A model generated the notes under the pieces. It saw only the letters and a list, made by a program, of their open reading frames with translations. It ran no database searches and was not told where the DNA came from. Position numbers and translations under genes: made by a program. DNA of 64,000 bases from assembly GCA_036567845.1 (NCBI GenBank), contig DATCTT010000187.1:385-64384 (forward strand), in the 5' to 3' direction. Positions 54,980-64,000 of the stretch are shown here, piece by piece. The DNA comes from Candidatus Ozemobacteraceae bacterium (GTDB taxonomy: Bacteria; Muiribacteriota; Ozemobacteria; Ozemobacterales; Ozemobacteraceae). Each line of letters opens with the position of its first letter. Positions within the stretch are counted from its first letter, which is position 1.

Positions 54980-56710
54980 ATGGATTTTGCGACGCTGAGG
55001 CGGCACGTGGCCGAAACGGCGGCGACCTGGAAGGATCGGCCGCCGATCGTGGCGCGCGCCGTCGATCTGGCCCCATCGGGATTCGGCCTGGTGCTGAAGG
55101 CTACGGCGGGGTGGGAGTGCCTGCAGATTCATCTCAACCCTGAGCAACAGGGGTTCAGGGTCTCGGCGGCCTGGGACGAGGCGCCGGGCGAATCGGCCCT
55201 CACCCGTGCGTTGGCCCGGTATCTGAAGGATGCGCGGATCGAGCGGATCGAGTTGTTCGAAACCTTGCCCGAAAGCGCCAACGACCGCATCGTTCGCTGG
55301 CGGTTTCTGGTGCGGGACCCGTTTTTCGGGACGGTGAACCGGTTTTCCCTGATCGGGGAGTTCACCGGAAGGGTTGCGAATCTGCTGCTGTGCGATGCTG
55401 ACGGGATCGTCATCGAGCAGGCCCGGGCGACCGGGAACAACCGGCCGCGCGAGGAATACCGCCCCCCCGTGACCTCGCCATCGGACCAGGTGAATCCGTC
55501 CGCCGCGTCGAATGAAATCCTTGGAGAAATCCTGGCGGCGCCTCAGCAGACGTGGCCCGACCGCCTCCGCTGTTTTTCGCCGCTCGCCGCAAAGGAGCTG
55601 GCGTTCCGGCGGAATGCCGCACCGGAAAGCGATCCCGTGAGCCTTCTCCTCGATCTGGCCGTCGAGGCTTCGGCGATGGACGGACCGGTGAGGGTGTATC
55701 TGCCTCTCCGCCGGACCCCGATCGTCAGCGCGTTCAATGCTCGGCACCTCGAGGCGCTCGGGGCGGAGGTGCGCGAAACCGCGACGGTGAACCAGGCTCT
55801 GGAGCTGGTCGAGCGGGAACTCCTCCGGCCCAGACGCCTTGAAACCCTTCGCGAACAGGCGATTGCCGGGTTTGAACGTGACCTGCGGACGAAAGAACGG
55901 CTGCTCGAGTCGCAGAGAGCCCTTCAGGCGGAGTATGCCGATGCCGAATGTTGGCGCCGATCTGGCGATCTGCTGCTGACCTACGGGGGCGATATTCCCC
56001 CGCGGGCTTCAGAAGCTCATCTGACGGATTGGGAGACGGGGCGGGAGATGACGATCCCGCTCGATCCGTCCCGGACTCCGGCGCAGAACGCCCAGAAATG
56101 TTTCCATCGCTATAAAAAAGCATTGCGTGGCCGCGAGGAAACCGCCCGACGCGTCGTGGAACTTGAAGCCGAGATCGCCTGGATCCGCGAGCAGATCTGG
56201 CTGTGCGGCCAGGCCGAGACGGCTGCCGACCTCGTCGCCCTGCCTTCAGCCCGACCCCGGAAGAGCCGGCATGCACGCGCAGGCGGCCGTGGTGAGTCTG
56301 ATCGGGCACGGGCGGCTGCGAAGCTGATACGTCCCCTGGTCGAGATCGACGGGTGCCGCTTCTACGTCGGCCGGAACGGGCGTCAGAACGATCTGATCAC
56401 CTTCCAGATCGGTCGTCGCGGCGACATCTGGTTCCACGCGAACGATGTTCCGGGAAGCCATGTCGTTGCCCGTCGGCCCGGAGGAACACCCGGTCCCGAG
56501 GATCTGGTGCGGGGAGCGGCGCTTGCGGCCTGGTTCAGCTTTGCTCGTGACAGTTCAAAAGTTCCGGTCGATTACACCGACATCGCATTCGTGAAGCGCA
56601 TTCCCGGGGGCGGTGCGGGCCGTGTGAACTACACGAACCAGAAAACCCTGTATGTCGATCCCGCAAGTGGAGCGGCCCTGTTGAATGCTTCTGATGATCT
56701 GAAGCATTAG
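54980..56710 (+). CDS. rqcH: RqcH / FbpA-family (NFACT-N ... NFACT-R/DUF814) ribosome quality-control protein
   Basis: C-terminal FYVGRNGRQNDLITFQ...DIWFHANDVPGSHVV is the DUF814 core. Long coiled-coil middle section. Confidence 0.8.
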   Translation: MDFATLRRHVAETAATWKDRPPIVARAVDLAPSGFGLVLKATAGWECLQIHLNPEQQGFRVSAAWDEAPGESALTRALARYLKDARIERIELFETLPESANDRIVRWRFLVRDPFFGTVNRFSLIGEFTGRVANLLLCDADGIVIEQARATGNNRPREEYRPPVTSPSDQVNPSAASNEILGEILAAPQQTWPDRLRCFSPLAAKELAFRRNAAPESDPVSLLLDLAVEASAMDGPVRVYLPLRRTPIVSAFNARHLEALGAEVRETATVNQALELVERELLRPRRLETLREQAIAGFERDLRTKERLLESQRALQAEYADAECWRRSGDLLLTYGGDIPPRASEAHLTDWETGREMTIPLDPSRTPAQNAQKCFHRYKKALRGREETARRVVELEAEIAWIREQIWLCGQAETAADLVALPSARPRKSRHARAGGRGESDRARAAAKLIRPLVEIDGCRFYVGRNGRQNDLITFQIGRRGDIWFHANDVPGSHVVARRPGGTPGPEDLVRGAALAAWFSFARDSSKVPVDYTDIAFVKRIPGGGAGRVNYTNQKTLYVDPASGAALLNASDDLKH

Positions 56711-57396
56711 GAAAGTGAAACTTGTTCAGACAGTGCTAACTTCCAGAAGCGATGGAGCTGGGCCAAGTCGCTTACTTTGAAGCAAGGAATCTTTTCGAAA
56801 TAGGTGTTGTCCGGATGGAGGCGGGCTGTAAAAGGAATTCCCGCCGCTTGAGCTGCTTCGTAATCACTCAAGGCATCACCAACGAAGAGGGCATTGGTTT
56901 GCGCGATGTGTCCCTGAGTGAGTATCGCTTTGATTGCATCCAATTTTGATGTGGGTGCTCCAAAGACACCAGTGAAGTAGCCTCTGAGCGAACGGCGGGA
57001 TAAAATCTGGTCCAGCTCGTCTTGGGGTGTTCCTGAAACGATGTAAAGAGCGGCAGAAGCATGTGCTTCCTCGAGAAATTCCATCGTTCCGGGCACAAGC
57101 GGAGCTTCGAGGACTTTCGCAAAAACAATTTCCTGAAAACGCTTTCCAAGAAGCTGAAAATCTGCTTCTGAAAGTGACCTTTGAAGAATTTCAGAGTAGA
57201 TGTATCGGAACTTCACCCACCGCGAAAGGCCGCCTTGCTCGAGGTGATAGGCCATGATGCGCTGGCGACACTCTTCGCTCTCGCCGGCAAAAATTTCGGA
57301 GAAGGCATCTGTTTTGATTCTGCTCGATTCAAGAATCACGCCGTCGAAGTCGAACAGAAAAGCCCGGATCATCGTTTTGGGAAATGAAGATTCCAT
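56707..57396 (-). CDS. HAD-superfamily hydrolase (phosphatase)
   Basis: FLFDFDGVI (DxDG motif I) and VGDALSDYEAA (motif IV). Confidence 0.7.
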   Translation of the reverse strand: MESSFPKTMIRAFLFDFDGVILESSRIKTDAFSEIFAGESEECRQRIMAYHLEQGGLSRWVKFRYIYSEILQRSLSEADFQLLGKRFQEIVFAKVLEAPLVPGTMEFLEEAHASAALYIVSGTPQDELDQILSRRSLRGYFTGVFGAPTSKLDAIKAILTQGHIAQTNALFVGDALSDYEAAQAAGIPFTARLHPDNTYFEKIPCFKVSDLAQLHRFWKLALSEQVSLS

Positions 57397-57410
57397 CGAA
57401 TTGAAATAAT

Positions 57411-58328
57411 TTATTCTTCCCGCAATTCATCGCAGGAACTTGCAGGATCCAGCCCAAGGTCTGCTGCAATGACCTTTAAACACTCTACCAGTCCCTGCCC
57501 CATATCGATAAATGGATTGGCAACAAGTTTTTTTGCGCAGGAAGGGTGGAATGAATAAGGTGTGACTCCGTAATGGCCGATTTGCGCTTCCTGGATGGTT
57601 TCAAAATGGACCTGATCCCCGAGAATTTCGCGAATCATCCGGAACAGCTCGATTCTCTTCAGTTTTTCGAAACCCGTCAGAATAATGTGCTGATTGGCAA
57701 AGGAGGCATCTTCGATGATGTCCACGGATAGTTTGGCTGCGTCCTGAGCATGGATGTATTCTCGAACATCTTCCGGGTCACCAGCCATGACAAGCTTTTT
57801 TTCTTTTATGGCACGCTGAAGAATACTGTAGATGAAATTGTGCGAATCAGCTCTTTCTCCATAAAGGGAGCCATATCTGACGATCGAGAACTGTGTTCCA
57901 TAGCGAATAAAATATTCTTCGATCAGCTTTTCCGAGGTGTATTTGCTTATGCCGTAAAAAGACCCTTTGCGACTGAAGGCATAAGTGCTGCTGGCATAAA
58001 TAAACCTCTTGACAGATCGACCCCGACATGCCTCAAGGAGGTTCAGATTCCCCACAACATTGTGCTGGATCGTTGGGAGAGGTTTGTGTATTGCTTCGTT
58101 TAGATCTGCGATTCCGGCAAAGTTATAGACGAATGTCTCTTCAGTGCCGATCACTTCACAAACCTTGGGAAGATCGAGAATGTCGCAGTGTCTGAACTCT
58201 TGATTCGGCTTGAGATACTTGGATGGCCGAATATCGGCAACAACGACCTTGTAGCCGCGCTGTGACAGCTCATCGGCCACATAGCTGCCGATGAAACCAC
58301 TTCCTCCGAAGACAACTGCTTTTTTCAT
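57411..58328 (-). CDS. NAD-dependent epimerase/dehydratase (extended SDR)
   Basis: AVVFGGSGFIGSYV, YxxxK. Confidence 0.8.
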   Translation of the reverse strand: MKKAVVFGGSGFIGSYVADELSQRGYKVVVADIRPSKYLKPNQEFRHCDILDLPKVCEVIGTEETFVYNFAGIADLNEAIHKPLPTIQHNVVGNLNLLEACRGRSVKRFIYASSTYAFSRKGSFYGISKYTSEKLIEEYFIRYGTQFSIVRYGSLYGERADSHNFIYSILQRAIKEKKLVMAGDPEDVREYIHAQDAAKLSVDIIEDASFANQHIILTGFEKLKRIELFRMIREILGDQVHFETIQEAQIGHYGVTPYSFHPSCAKKLVANPFIDMGQGLVECLKVIAADLGLDPASSCDELREE

Positions 58329-59245
58329 GACTGTGAGAGCTCCCGAAGCCGTTCAATGGCACATCGTCCCATTGCAATGACAGCGTTTTTGGAATTTCCC
58401 CCGATATGGGGGGTGCAAATGATGTTGGGCAACTCTATCAACTCACGATCCGTCACGGGTTCGTCTTCGTAGACGTCGATTGCTGCACCAGCGATAATTC
58501 CCTTTTTGAGGGCTTCTCTGAGATCCCTCTGGTGAATGATACGCCCTCTTGCAGTGTTGATGAGAAAAGCCGTTGGTTTCATGAGCTTTAACGTGGATTC
58601 CTGGATGAGCCCTTCTGTTTCTGGAGTGAGAGGGGTGTGAATGGAAATGACATCCGCTGTTCGGAACAGCTCCTCTTTTGTTGTTTCGAACAGGCCATTT
58701 TTTTTATAGTAGTCTCTTTGGTCGATAATGTCATTCACCAGAATCCGACAATGAAATGGCTCAAGCATCCGAATAACTTCTTTTCCGATGTGTCCAACTC
58801 CGACGATGCCGACACACAACTGGGAAAGCTCTTGTCCACCGGCTTTTTTCCAATGACCTCGCCGAAGTTCGTAGGAAGAAAAAAAGAGATTTCTGCAGAG
58901 CCCGATCATGAACCCAATCGTCATTTCGGCGACAGAGATGCGATTGACACCGCACCTGCTGCCGATCTGGACATGATGCCGCTGGCAGGCTTCCAGATCG
59001 ATGTTGTCGAGCCCCACCCCATATTTTGCCACAAAGCGTAATGAAGGGAGTTGGCTCAGAAGGGACTCGTCGATCTGCTCCAGACCGATAATTGCACCTT
59101 CCACGCCCTGTAAAAAATCGACGAGGCGGGCTCCCATCAGTTTTTCGCCGGAATCATTGAAAATACTGTCCGGAAAAATTGCCAGAAGTTCGCGACGCAG
59201 AAGCTGGTTATTCGAAAAAGATGGAGAGGTGACAGCGATCTTCAT
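58325..59245 (-). CDS. D-isomer-specific 2-hydroxyacid dehydrogenase (PGDH/GyaR-like)
   Basis: VGIVGVGHIGKEV (NAD fold), catalytic R/E/H triad context (...TARG...H). Confidence 0.8.
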   Translation of the reverse strand: MKIAVTSPSFSNNQLLRRELLAIFPDSIFNDSGEKLMGARLVDFLQGVEGAIIGLEQIDESLLSQLPSLRFVAKYGVGLDNIDLEACQRHHVQIGSRCGVNRISVAEMTIGFMIGLCRNLFFSSYELRRGHWKKAGGQELSQLCVGIVGVGHIGKEVIRMLEPFHCRILVNDIIDQRDYYKKNGLFETTKEELFRTADVISIHTPLTPETEGLIQESTLKLMKPTAFLINTARGRIIHQRDLREALKKGIIAGAAIDVYEDEPVTDRELIELPNIICTPHIGGNSKNAVIAMGRCAIERLRELSQS

Positions 59246-59296
59246 GAGTGTTCCATTCCTGATCTAATTTAGCCAAGTCGCGTTCGCTCGTGGGCT

Positions 59297-60043
59297 CTAT
59301 TCCCCACCGGCTATCGTTATCGTATCATTGGTGATGAAGGTATTATTTTCTGAACCGAGGTAGAAGACTAAATCGGCAACCTCTTCCGGCCGGCCGAGGC
59401 GTTGCATGGGGATCATTGCGGTTCGCCGGGACATATCCTTGGGGAATTTCCGATGAAAATCCGTGTCGATAACCCCAGGGCGAACGGTATTGACAAGAAC
59501 ATTTTTTGAGGCCCCCTCCCGGCCCAGCGTGTGCGTGACTCCCTCAAGAGCCATCTTGGCACAACCATAATGGAGGGAAACTGCGGAACCGCCGTATTTT
59601 GCTGCAATGGAGCTGATATTGACGATACGCCCGAATCCGCGAGCTATCATACAGGGAAAGATACGGCCGGCCAGAATCGTTGGAGCAAAAACATTTACTG
59701 CGAATGTCTTGTGAAGGTCACTCATGCTCAATTCGGCAAAAGGCCTACTGGCGATGTATGTGCCTGCGTTGTTGACAAGCGCGTCAACCGAGAGTTCTCT
59801 GAGATGTGAGGCTATTGATTCAATGCCGTCTTCCGTTGTGAAGTCTGCCTGGTAAAATACGGGAGATTTCCCCTGGCTCTCCAATTCCAGGGACAAGGCT
59901 CGAGCTTTTTCCTCGGAACGGTGGTACTGGCCTGAAACGTCCCAGCCGCCGCGAGAAAATCGCCTGGCAATCGCTTGGCCAATGTCGCTTGTCACTCCCG
60001 TGATGAATACACGGCGTGCTGCTTGTTTCTCTCCCGTGGTCAT
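59297..60043 (-). CDS. SDR-family oxidoreductase
   Basis: VFITGVTSDIGQAI, YGCAKMA (YxxxK). Confidence 0.8.
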   Translation of the reverse strand: MTTGEKQAARRVFITGVTSDIGQAIARRFSRGGWDVSGQYHRSEEKARALSLELESQGKSPVFYQADFTTEDGIESIASHLRELSVDALVNNAGTYIASRPFAELSMSDLHKTFAVNVFAPTILAGRIFPCMIARGFGRIVNISSIAAKYGGSAVSLHYGCAKMALEGVTHTLGREGASKNVLVNTVRPGVIDTDFHRKFPKDMSRRTAMIPMQRLGRPEEVADLVFYLGSENNTFITNDTITIAGGE

Positions 60044-60049
60044 GGGTGA

Positions 60050-60781
60050 TCAGGCAGCAGTGAAACCATGCTTTTTCAACCACCACTCGACGACGGGAAT
60101 TTGCCATTCATAATCGACATCGCAACCAGCCTCCTGCTTGAGCGGGTAGATCTTCTGGCCCATCCATTTCTGCGGGAGGAGCCCCTGCTCAAGATGTTCG
60201 AGATTGTCTGGGCGAACGACGCTGACGGCGACATCGGCAAACCAGGAATCACCTTGACTGTCCCGGTCGCAGTTGAGCGTTTTCGATTCGAAAACATCAT
60301 GGGGAATGAAGGGGTGGAGCAACCCATCGGGGCCGATTTTGCGGGCCCGAAGGGGACTCCACATATTGTATCTGGAAACAGTGACTGCCGAGTCATACGA
60401 TGCATTATTCCGGAGAATCGTAATTCCCTCGTCGATTGTTTCGGGAAGCAGCGTCGCTGCATTGCAGAAAAGAAGAACCATCAGCTCTGGCCGTTGACCA
60501 AGCCGCCGGCAAATCTCTTCATATCCGTGTTTGTAAGCATCTTCGCCCAGCGCTTCCTTCGTGCAAAGGTAGGCCGGCCGTTCGATGACTTCGACTCCTG
60601 TTTGCCGTGCCAATTCCATAAGCCGTTCGTCATCGGTGGAAAGATACACACGATCCACGAGCTTTGCATTTTTCGCGGCATTCATTGGATACCAGGAAAG
60701 CGGTCGTCCCAATACCGGAAACAGATTCTTGCCGGGAAACCCCACACTGCCTTTGCGACCTAGGATTAGTGCTGCGATCAT
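60050..60781 (-). CDS. neuA: N-acylneuraminate (nonulosonate) cytidylyltransferase, CMP-sugar synthetase family
   Basis: MIAALILGRKGSVGFPGKNL matches IIPARGGSKGIPRKN. Confidence 0.8.
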   Translation of the reverse strand: MIAALILGRKGSVGFPGKNLFPVLGRPLSWYPMNAAKNAKLVDRVYLSTDDERLMELARQTGVEVIERPAYLCTKEALGEDAYKHGYEEICRRLGQRPELMVLLFCNAATLLPETIDEGITILRNNASYDSAVTVSRYNMWSPLRARKIGPDGLLHPFIPHDVFESKTLNCDRDSQGDSWFADVAVSVVRPDNLEHLEQGLLPQKWMGQKIYPLKQEAGCDVDYEWQIPVVEWWLKKHGFTAA

Positions 60782-61785
60782 CTGGCCCTTCCTTCCTTGC
60801 TCATTTCCAATGCTCGATATGAACAGCAGTCACAACCTGCATTTTGGTGTGACTCACCCGAAATATGAAGTTTGCGGAGGTGTTTTTCCGCCTCGGAATG
60901 CCAGAGGCTTTTCAAAGAATCAGTGGCGGCGTTTCCCAGCGTCAGGGGCTTCAGGTCCTCAACGCCATGTGCCAGACACGAGAGCACTGTGCCGTCCCAT
61001 AGCACAGTAAGGCGTTGCCAGAGGAAGGGGCATTTGAACTTGCCCGTTTTTCCACGGTGATTGACCCCTGGCCCTTCGTCTCTTGCATCAAGATACCCCA
61101 CTTCGTCAGCGAACTTTCTCCAGTATTCTTTGTACGACTCCCAATGGAGGTTCATTTCGGGAAGCATTACCGTCTGGATGCGAATCTTTGGCGTGGTGCT
61201 TTTCAACCGGGTGCGTATCCGAAGAAGCGTCTCGATGTTTTTGCAGACGAGTGAATAATCTGCGCCCGGCCGATATTGACTGTAACTCTTCGCATCCCAT
61301 CCATCAATGGATATCGAAATGCGTGGCAGACCAGCCTCGATGAGGGCTGTGCTTATTTCCTCGGTTAAAAGCATGGCGTTGGTGTTGAAGTAGCAATCGA
61401 GAATGCCTGCCTTCCGAACCATGCGCACCATATCGACGAGGTGTGGATGGATAAGAGGTTCCCCGCGCAGGCTGAATTTAATGCAGTAAACCCCTTCCCG
61501 CGCTGCTTCGTCGATGAGCTTGCGGAAAAGCTCCATGCTTATGAAACCTCGAGCATGTGGTCCCCATCCCTCATGGGTGGCGGCGCAGTGGGGACAGCGA
61601 AGGTTGCAGGCGCTCGTGGACTCGATGTCAAGATGAAGGGGAAACGGGGCAACGACAGCGTTGATGGGATTGTCTCTCCACTGTCTGCGATATTCCGCAA
61701 ACGCAGCATCCTGAAGGCTGGCATCGAAAACCGAATGCCCGGAACTGTGGAAATTGAGATTTCCCTGTTCTGAATTGCTTGTCAT
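60778..61785 (-). CDS. Radical SAM protein with SPASM-like C-terminal Cys cluster
   Basis: CNLRCPHC (Cx3Cx2C) and C-terminal CDCCSY. Confidence 0.75.
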   Translation of the reverse strand: MTSNSEQGNLNFHSSGHSVFDASLQDAAFAEYRRQWRDNPINAVVAPFPLHLDIESTSACNLRCPHCAATHEGWGPHARGFISMELFRKLIDEAAREGVYCIKFSLRGEPLIHPHLVDMVRMVRKAGILDCYFNTNAMLLTEEISTALIEAGLPRISISIDGWDAKSYSQYRPGADYSLVCKNIETLLRIRTRLKSTTPKIRIQTVMLPEMNLHWESYKEYWRKFADEVGYLDARDEGPGVNHRGKTGKFKCPFLWQRLTVLWDGTVLSCLAHGVEDLKPLTLGNAATDSLKSLWHSEAEKHLRKLHISGESHQNAGCDCCSYRALEMSKEGRAR

Positions 61786-61924
61786 TGAACGCTTCCTATT
61801 CTCTTCGAGCTGCTATCTCAATTGGATTGCGGAAAAGTGCAACGTGGTATGGTAGCGAAAGAAGAGGTGAAATTCAACTCTCATCTCAAGGGAAAGAGAA
61901 AGGAGGGGGGCGTATTTGCGCCTG

Positions 61925-63106
61925 TCAGAGAAGTTTCACGAGGATGGCGGTGAGATCGTCCGCGAAGGGGGTGTCGCCGCCGAACTCGGAGACCTGGCGG
62001 AAAATTCTCTGGAGAAGCGTGTCCGGAGCCTCGGCGTGGCCCTCGCGCAGGGCCGCCTCGAGCCCTTCGACGCCGAAAAAGGCGCCGGCCGCATTCCGAC
62101 GGTCGGTGAACCCGTCCGAGTAGAGCAGCACCAGATCGCCGGGGCCGACCGGCTGCACGGTCTGACTGTACGGCCGCAGCTGCGGAAAGCCCAGCGGCGG
62201 GCAGGAACCCTTCAGCCGGGTGATGGTGCCGCTTCCGGCTGAATAGACGAGAGTCGGCGTGTGGCCCGCTTCGACCCAGGTCATCGTTCCGGCGGACAGG
62301 TCGAACCGCGTGTAGATGAGGGTCGCAAAGCTCCCCAGTTCGAGCAGGTCGCCGCCGAGATCCTCCTGCACCCGCCGCAGAATGCTTTCCGGCTCGGGAA
62401 GCCGGCAGAGACCGGCGGTGCAGGCCTCGACAGCGAGTCGGCCGATCGCCCGCGCGAAGGCGTTCTTCGTGCCGGCCCCGATCATGGCCGAGTGCAGGCC
62501 CTTGCCCATGACGTCCCCGACGAGAAGATCGAAACAGTCCGGCCGGTAGGCGACGAAGTCGATGAAGTCGCCGTCCACTACCTGCGACGGCAGGCTCATG
62601 CTGGCAATCCGGGCGCTCCCCGACTCGGCGGGAATCTTGCCCAGCAGCAGCGTCTGCTGGATCTCGCCGGCGATGCGGATTTCCTGTTCCCGGGCGGCCT
62701 TCTCGGTTTGGATCAGCTCATACTGGTGCAGACCGTTCTCAAGGGCGGAGTTCAGCAGCTCGGGCGGGCAGGGCTTTGTCAGGAACCGGTAGATGTTGCC
62801 TTCGTTGACGGCCTGCATTGCGACCTTGAAATCGAGCTCGCCGGTCAGCATGATGCGCGTCGTGTCCGGTGAAAGCTCCTTCACCTTCGCCAGGAACACC
62901 GCTCCATCCATCCGCGGCATCCGAAAATCCGAGACGACAACGGGAAAGGGCTCTCCATCTGCGATGGCGCGCAGGCCCGCCTCCCCGTCCGGCGCCGTCG
63001 TGACGCTCCATGATCGGCTCAGGATGCGACTGTACGAAGAGAGGATGTTCGGCTCGTCATCCACGAGAAGAATCCGGGGCTTCGGGCTGTCGGACGGTCG
63101 GTTCAT
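61925..63106 (-). CDS. Response-regulator receiver + PP2C (SpoIIE/RsbU-type) Ser/Thr phosphatase
   Basis: ILLVDDEPN...VVVSDFRMPRMDG (REC) and C-terminal PP2C metal-binding Asp motifs. Start at internal MNRPSD. Confidence 0.8.
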   Translation of the reverse strand: MNRPSDSPKPRILLVDDEPNILSSYSRILSRSWSVTTAPDGEAGLRAIADGEPFPVVVSDFRMPRMDGAVFLAKVKELSPDTTRIMLTGELDFKVAMQAVNEGNIYRFLTKPCPPELLNSALENGLHQYELIQTEKAAREQEIRIAGEIQQTLLLGKIPAESGSARIASMSLPSQVVDGDFIDFVAYRPDCFDLLVGDVMGKGLHSAMIGAGTKNAFARAIGRLAVEACTAGLCRLPEPESILRRVQEDLGGDLLELGSFATLIYTRFDLSAGTMTWVEAGHTPTLVYSAGSGTITRLKGSCPPLGFPQLRPYSQTVQPVGPGDLVLLYSDGFTDRRNAAGAFFGVEGLEAALREGHAEAPDTLLQRIFRQVSEFGGDTPFADDLTAILVKLL

Positions 63107-64000
63107 CGGCGCACCTCGTGTAGCGCATGGCGGCAGGCTTCTATCCAGGCCGGAATGCGGGATGTCAGCCCGGCCGCGTCGATCGCGGTCCGGTCGAGTG
63201 CCGGCGCGTCGGGATGCTCGAGAAACGCATTCGCGACGTGGACGGCGATGAGCGGGGAAAGCGTCGCTTGCGCCTGCCGGGCCGGGCGGTGATGGCCGGC
63301 GACGGCTTCCACGACCGTATCCGGCAGGCCCCACAGGGCGAGCAGATAGCCACCGATCTCGGCATGGGAAACCGAGAACTCGGCATACTCGGCGTCGGGA
63401 AACGTCTTCCCTGCCGCCATGCGGCGCTGGACCGGGCGCATATAGGCGGGTATATCGAGCATCAGCAGCTTGCCGATATCGTGCATCATGCCGCCGAGCA
63501 TCGCTTCCTCCGCCATGCGGCCGCTTCCCTTCTCGGCACGCACGATCGCCCGTGCAAGGACCGAGGCCTGGGAGCTGTGCGCCCAGATCTCGTCGAGAGA
63601 AAGGCCCGGGAGCGGAGAATCGGGGGCAGTAAAAAAGAGTTTTACATATAATACGAGAGACTTTATGACGTTCGTCCCCAGGAGCTGGGTTGCCTCGGCC
63701 GGATTCGTCACACGGCGCGGAAGGCCGAAGAAGGCCGAGTTGACGAGCTGGAGCACGCGGCCGGTCATCGAGACGTCTTTCGCGATGATGGCGCCGATCT
63801 GGTCGATCGAGGTACGTTCGGATTCGAGGGCCCGGACCAGCTCGGTGTAGAGGGGGGGCAGGCTCGGCAGGTGGGGAATGCCGCCGATCACCTTCAGCAG
63901 CTCCGGCCGTTTGAGAAGGCGCCGGAGGCCGACAGCCCGGTTGATGGCCGCGACGAGCTGGGCGGCCTGGCAGGGCTTGGCGAGGAACTGGTGGGCGGCC
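63103..64000 (-). CDS. HDOD-domain signalling protein, likely REC-HDOD; N-terminus beyond window end
   Basis: HDOD body (AIIAKDVSMTGRVLQLVNSAFFGL). Upstream in-frame sequence ...AAHQFLAKPCQAAQLVAAINRAV looks like the end of a receiver domain, open to the window edge. Confidence 0.65.
   Translation of the reverse strand, partial: AAHQFLAKPCQAAQLVAAINRAVGLRRLLKRPELLKVIGGIPHLPSLPPLYTELVRALESERTSIDQIGAIIAKDVSMTGRVLQLVNSAFFGLPRRVTNPAEATQLLGTNVIKSLVLYVKLFFTAPDSPLPGLSLDEIWAHSSQASVLARAIVRAEKGSGRMAEEAMLGGMMHDIGKLLMLDIPAYMRPVQRRMAAGKTFPDAEYAEFSVSHAEIGGYLLALWGLPDTVVEAVAGHHRPARQAQATLSPLIAVHVANAFLEHPDAPALDRTAIDAAGLTSRIPAWIEACRHALHEVRR

Overview
High-GC (~60-65%) bacterial chromosome segment with no rRNA, tRNA, CRISPR, transposase or integrase that I could recognise. 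All gene identities below come from reading motifs in the translated ORFs, not from database searches.

Layout:
- 1-4.4 kb: core genes. argS (3' partial, minus strand), an LptF/G-type permease, and an unusual J-like/TPR/double cold-shock-domain protein.
- 4.4-14.7 kb: a patchwork of single genes separated by a previously unrecognised family of palindromic repeats built from tandem CACAGAG octads. Genes: orphan ABC ATPase, HD hydrolase, DUF4160/DUF2442 pair, LplA-like protein, a cNMP-binding metallo-beta-lactamase (MBL) fusion next to an ADP-ribosylglycohydrolase, MoaC-MOSC, MobB, a RuvX-like nuclease, GxxExxY. The region includes a 207-bp tandemly duplicated unit and a gene-in-loop arrangement.
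- 14.7-20.3 kb: cell-envelope genes. An SLH-domain outer-membrane porin with a textbook sigma70 promoter and a long leader, a secreted protein, and a TagA-type glycosyltransferase fused to a polytopic membrane domain.
- 20.3-53.6 kb and 56.7-61.8 kb: a large, lower-GC surface-glycan island.
  - Two NeuB-family nonulosonic-acid synthases, NeuC, a PseG-like fusion, three CTP_transf_3-family cytidylyltransferases plus a degenerate cytidylyltransferase-like domain fused to PseG, four DegT aminotransferases.
  - CDP-hexose genes rfbF/rfbG and a cupin epimerase, GT2/GT4 transferases, a Wzx flippase, two unknown ~600-aa proteins.
  - An embedded FkbH-ACP-SDR-MaoC-AAC(3)-like-radical SAM (x2) module that looks like a pathway for a novel N-acyl decoration of the nonulosonic acid.
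  - A G9 homopolymer that truncates a DUF4910 gene one slip away from full length, which is candidate phase variation.
- 53.8-56.7 kb: a TolB-like protein and RqcH interrupt the island.
- 61.9-64.0 kb: REC-PP2C and a truncated REC-HDOD signalling pair.
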